From Azolla caroliniana (taxonomy: Eukaryota > Plantae > Polypodiophyta): a DNA stretch of 64,000 nt. The position numbers and the translations under genes are program-made. How positions within the stretch are numbered: position 1 is the stretch's first letter; every line of letters starts with the position of its first letter. The notes under the pieces were generated by a model. That model saw only the letters and a list, made by a program, of their open reading frames with translations. It had not been told where the DNA came from and searched no databases. The DNA lies in the NCBI GenBank assembly GCA_043228905.1, contig JBHGNT010000008.1:18414001-18478000 (forward strand), in the 5' to 3' direction. Positions 60,764 to 64,000 of the stretch are shown here, in pieces.

Positions 60764-62415
60764 AAAAGTGACTTATTTATTGTGGAGTTGGCCAAAGATA
60801 TGAAGTTGCTACCTTGGAGGTCACTACAAGGAATTAAAGACGATAGATTGTTAATATCTGTGTTGTCCCGAGTTGCAGCCAAGGAGTTTACCTTGGACGA
60901 GATGGTGACCAAGTTACCAAAGTACTATGTAAAATGGAAGTGTATTTCTTTTTCTTGTTCATTTTCTTTGAAAACTGATTTCACATTTCATATCTTATTT
61001 TTAGTCATAAAGTATACATGAAGATACAAGAATTGATGATGAAAAAATTGTGCCTACCAACGTGGGAAGAAGTCGTATAAGCTTGCCTAGTAACATCATC
61101 ATATAAAGCATTATAAGAGTTCTTCATTGTATTTAGAGAATGGGTATGTGTATTTCAATTTGAAAAGATTCAATTATCATTTATCAAATACATTCCTTAC
61201 AGAAAACGAATTTTGCAGAAACCACCGTGATAAAAGAAAGTTGGTGATAGTAATGACGGTATTCCAAGTTCGTTCATTACACACTTGGATTGTGCTACAT
61301 ACAAAAAAGAGTGTCAAAGGGAAAGGAGTTGGAAGTGTCGGAGGACTGCACAACGGTAAAATGTTTTTTTCATAGAGCTAACCCTTTCGAACAATTACAT
61401 TATAGTGTATTCCATGGGGATGTGACTAATATGCTCGACATATTACCAAAAAGACACTATACATTACTTGTTGTTGATATACGGTACGGATTCCGGATCA
61501 CGGGTTCCATGTTCGATGATGTGCCTTTCAAGTACCCCCAAATTGAGAAGATGGTAAAGGACATTGCAAAGTTGACCTTGGCATTGTTGTGGAGGATAGT
61601 CATATTTCATAACATGGGTCAATCATTGTCAGTCACAACTGCTCTAAAGTCACGATGTCAGGCAACAAAGCATATGCATTGGTGCGTTATAATTTGTTTT
61701 TTGATAATATTCTCTTAGATATGTGGTTTATATATGTTCCATTCAAATTTTAACTCATTTGTTCTGGGTTCAATAGGATTAAAACAAATATTACATGTAG
61801 CTTGGATGATCGTATGGTCAGTGTAGTTGAACATCTTAGTGTGGGTTATTATGATGTAATAATGAAGAAGAATGCTCATGCACAAGTTAACGAAAGAAAC
61901 GTTGTAAATTATATAATGTGCCCAACTGTGACAAAGAAGCTTCGACATATATCGGGTGAAAAGAGTCTTGTGAACCCTTATAAAAAACCTCAAAGATTGA
62001 TCAACCGACTCATCAAGCTCTTCTCAAACCCAGATGATTGGGTTTTGGATTTGTTCTCTGGCACATGTATATGTAATTATATAATTTTAGTCTCGTTAAT
62101 TTGATTAAGTTATAGACTTTCATTATTATTTTGACTTCTGCAATTCTATTTTACGATCAGGTACTACTACAACTTGTGCATTAAAAATGTTCAGAAACTA
62201 TGTAGCGACAAGTTAACAACATCAAAATGAGGATCCAAGGAATCTGGGATTGTCCGGATCAAGATCAAGAAGTCGGAGCCAAGCACATCAATGAAATAGA
62301 AAGTTTTAAGATAACTTCGAGAGAGCTAATGGAACCTATAGATGAAGAAACAGAGGACCTTGTGGACCTAGAAGATGTAACAGAATCTGAACATATGCAC
62401 GGTTCAGCAGAGTAG
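60764..62415 (+). pseudogene. 3' part of the gene: beta-class N4-cytosine/N6-adenine DNA methyltransferase domain with GT-AG introns
   Basis: 'VFHGDVTNMLDILPKRHYTLLVVDIRYG' (motif IV, 61476-61490); 'VNPYKKPQRLINRLIKLFSNPDDWVLDLFSGT(C)TTTTCALKMFRNYV' (motifs X-I); candidate introns 60922-61004, 61144-61218, 61682-61776, 62067-62160. Confidence 0.85.
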
Positions 62416-62940
62416 AGAATCGATGCTATAGAGGACAATTTAGAAGAGTCCATTCATTCAGAGGAACCCACGTTGCTTGACTTGCTTATACTAGATTGAT
62501 TTCTATGGCTGTGTATTATTTGAACAATAGTACGTAAAATTCGTGTTCGTCTAGCATAACATTCGTTTTCCTACGTTGGAAAACAAATGCGAATGTTATT
62601 CAAACATTCTTGTGTTTTTTTTTGTTTTTTTCCCATTTTTTAGGCTTATTTACTTCATAATAAATAGTTAATCCAAAAGTATGGTGTTTAATATTTATCA
62701 TTCTTTGAGGGTGTTTTTCTTACGCGAATGATTGAAACATTCACAAATGCGAATGCACGTATGGTGCGTATGGTTCATATTATGATTTGAACGATACTAA
62801 ATGTTAGACAGTGACTTGTGACTATTGTTTCATTTGAACACAATTAAAACTTAAAGTTTGAGTTTATTTAACCTTATGCATTTCCTGACTTATTGATTTA
62901 TATGGCAAAGTGTATAATTTAAATGGTATTAATGTTTTAC

Positions 62941-63030
62941 ATGTTCTTCAACCTTTCTTTGGAAATTTTGAAAGGGTGTTTATAGATGATTTTGCCATCA
63001 ATAGTGCAAGGATGGGTCATCTAGAAACGA
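62941..63030 (+). pseudogene. Short Gypsy RT remnant
   Basis: 'VLQPFFGNFERVFIDDFAI...HLE' resembles the RT (Y/F)xDD region. Confidence 0.4.
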
Positions 63031-63504
63031 TGTGTGTGGATAATCTTTAATGTTTGAATTATGTATAATTTGAAGGGTATTAAATGTTTATCTTGACTTC
63101 TAACTTCTAGAGTTAGACCACTATTAATTTTTAAAGTTTGACATTATTTCACTATTACATTTCTTCACTTGTTGACCATTATGTTTTTCTATAATAATCT
63201 AGTTTGGGGTAGACACATGATTTTCTTTGTAATTGGATAATTAAATGTGTAATCCGGATTCTATACACATGGAAGATGTCAAGTACCATTAGCTGCAATA
63301 ATGTTGGTAATGCATAATTACTATGTTCATATGTAACTTCGAGATGTATTGTGTGTGATTATATTTTAAAATTAGCATCAGTGACATTCTTGGAGTGGGG
63401 TGCTATTTTTATCTTCACCACAATTATGGTTCAAAATTTTAAAGTTGCATGTAATTCCATTCCGTTAATTTAGAATTTACATGTTTCAAATGTCCTGGTG
63501 TTTA

Positions 63505-64000
63505 CAGTAATGTTGAATGCAAATATGATCAATATTCGGAATGCAATTGCTTGTTTTGTGCCATGGAAACCGGGCTTTGATCTAGTTGAAATGTTGAATT
63601 CGGGGCATCATCTAACCTCAATTTCCGAGGTTTTCCCGTGAATCCCTAAGGAATACATCGTTGTACTTCCATCAATCGCAACAAGAATTGGCACGATTCT
63701 TCCACCTTGCGAGGAGGCATTAGAAACAAAGCTAACAGGATACCCATTAATTCGAATATTAGTTTCCTCAATGGAAAATTTACCTACTCATGTACTTTTA
63801 CCTTCACTCACTAGGATTTCGATGTTCATGCAAAAATTGGAGTATGTAGGTATGCCTGGACAATGTTTTTATTGTAAACAGAAAGGCCACATGCTAAAAG
63901 ATTGTCCAAAAAAAGAAGGGATTTAGACCCCAGAATGGTACAAGTAATGTGCATACAGATTGTAACCATGTTAACCCGGATAAGAGTCAACAATAACATC
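63505..64000 (+). pseudogene. Second LINE ORF1 fragment, homologous to 49543-49950, running off the window
   Basis: Colinear match ending in 'GMPGQCFYCKQKGHMLKDCPKK'. Confidence 0.8.

Noticed and set aside
60764-62415. Bacterial contamination as source of the methyltransferase
   Set aside because: GT-AG introns inside motifs and a plant LTR element with TSD inserted in the gene

Overview
Eukaryotic, TE-dense plant DNA. The element families point to a moss such as Physcomitrium patens (inference). Positions 1-30.6 kb form a five-level nest of LTR retrotransposons: an outer Copia, a Tcn1-type chromovirus, a second Copia, two tRNA-Trp-primed non-chromovirus Gypsy (Phygy-like) elements, and a very young non-autonomous element with an intact 1338-aa Gag-fusion ORF. 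Positions 30.6-47.3 kb hold a cluster of small minus-strand paralogous genes (hydrophobic N-terminus, Gly/Cys-rich tail), a hAT-like MITE, tandem LTRs with a hairpin-repeat array and a full-length decayed chromovirus. Positions 48-64 kb hold LINE fragments that bracket a decayed, intron-containing gene encoding a ParB/Srx-like domain fused to a beta-class N4C/N6A DNA methyltransferase. That gene is split by a Gag-PR-only Gypsy that itself carries a Copia. Top leads: (1) the ParB-amino-MTase gene; (2) a conserved G_GAU_UUU slippery site plus H-type pseudoknot between protease and RT in two divergent Phygy-like elements; (3) the intact Gag-fusion non-autonomous element; (4) CG-centred 4-bp target sites; (5) self-priming PBSs in the chromoviruses. 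Coordinates were counted by eye and may be off by a few bases. No database searches were run.
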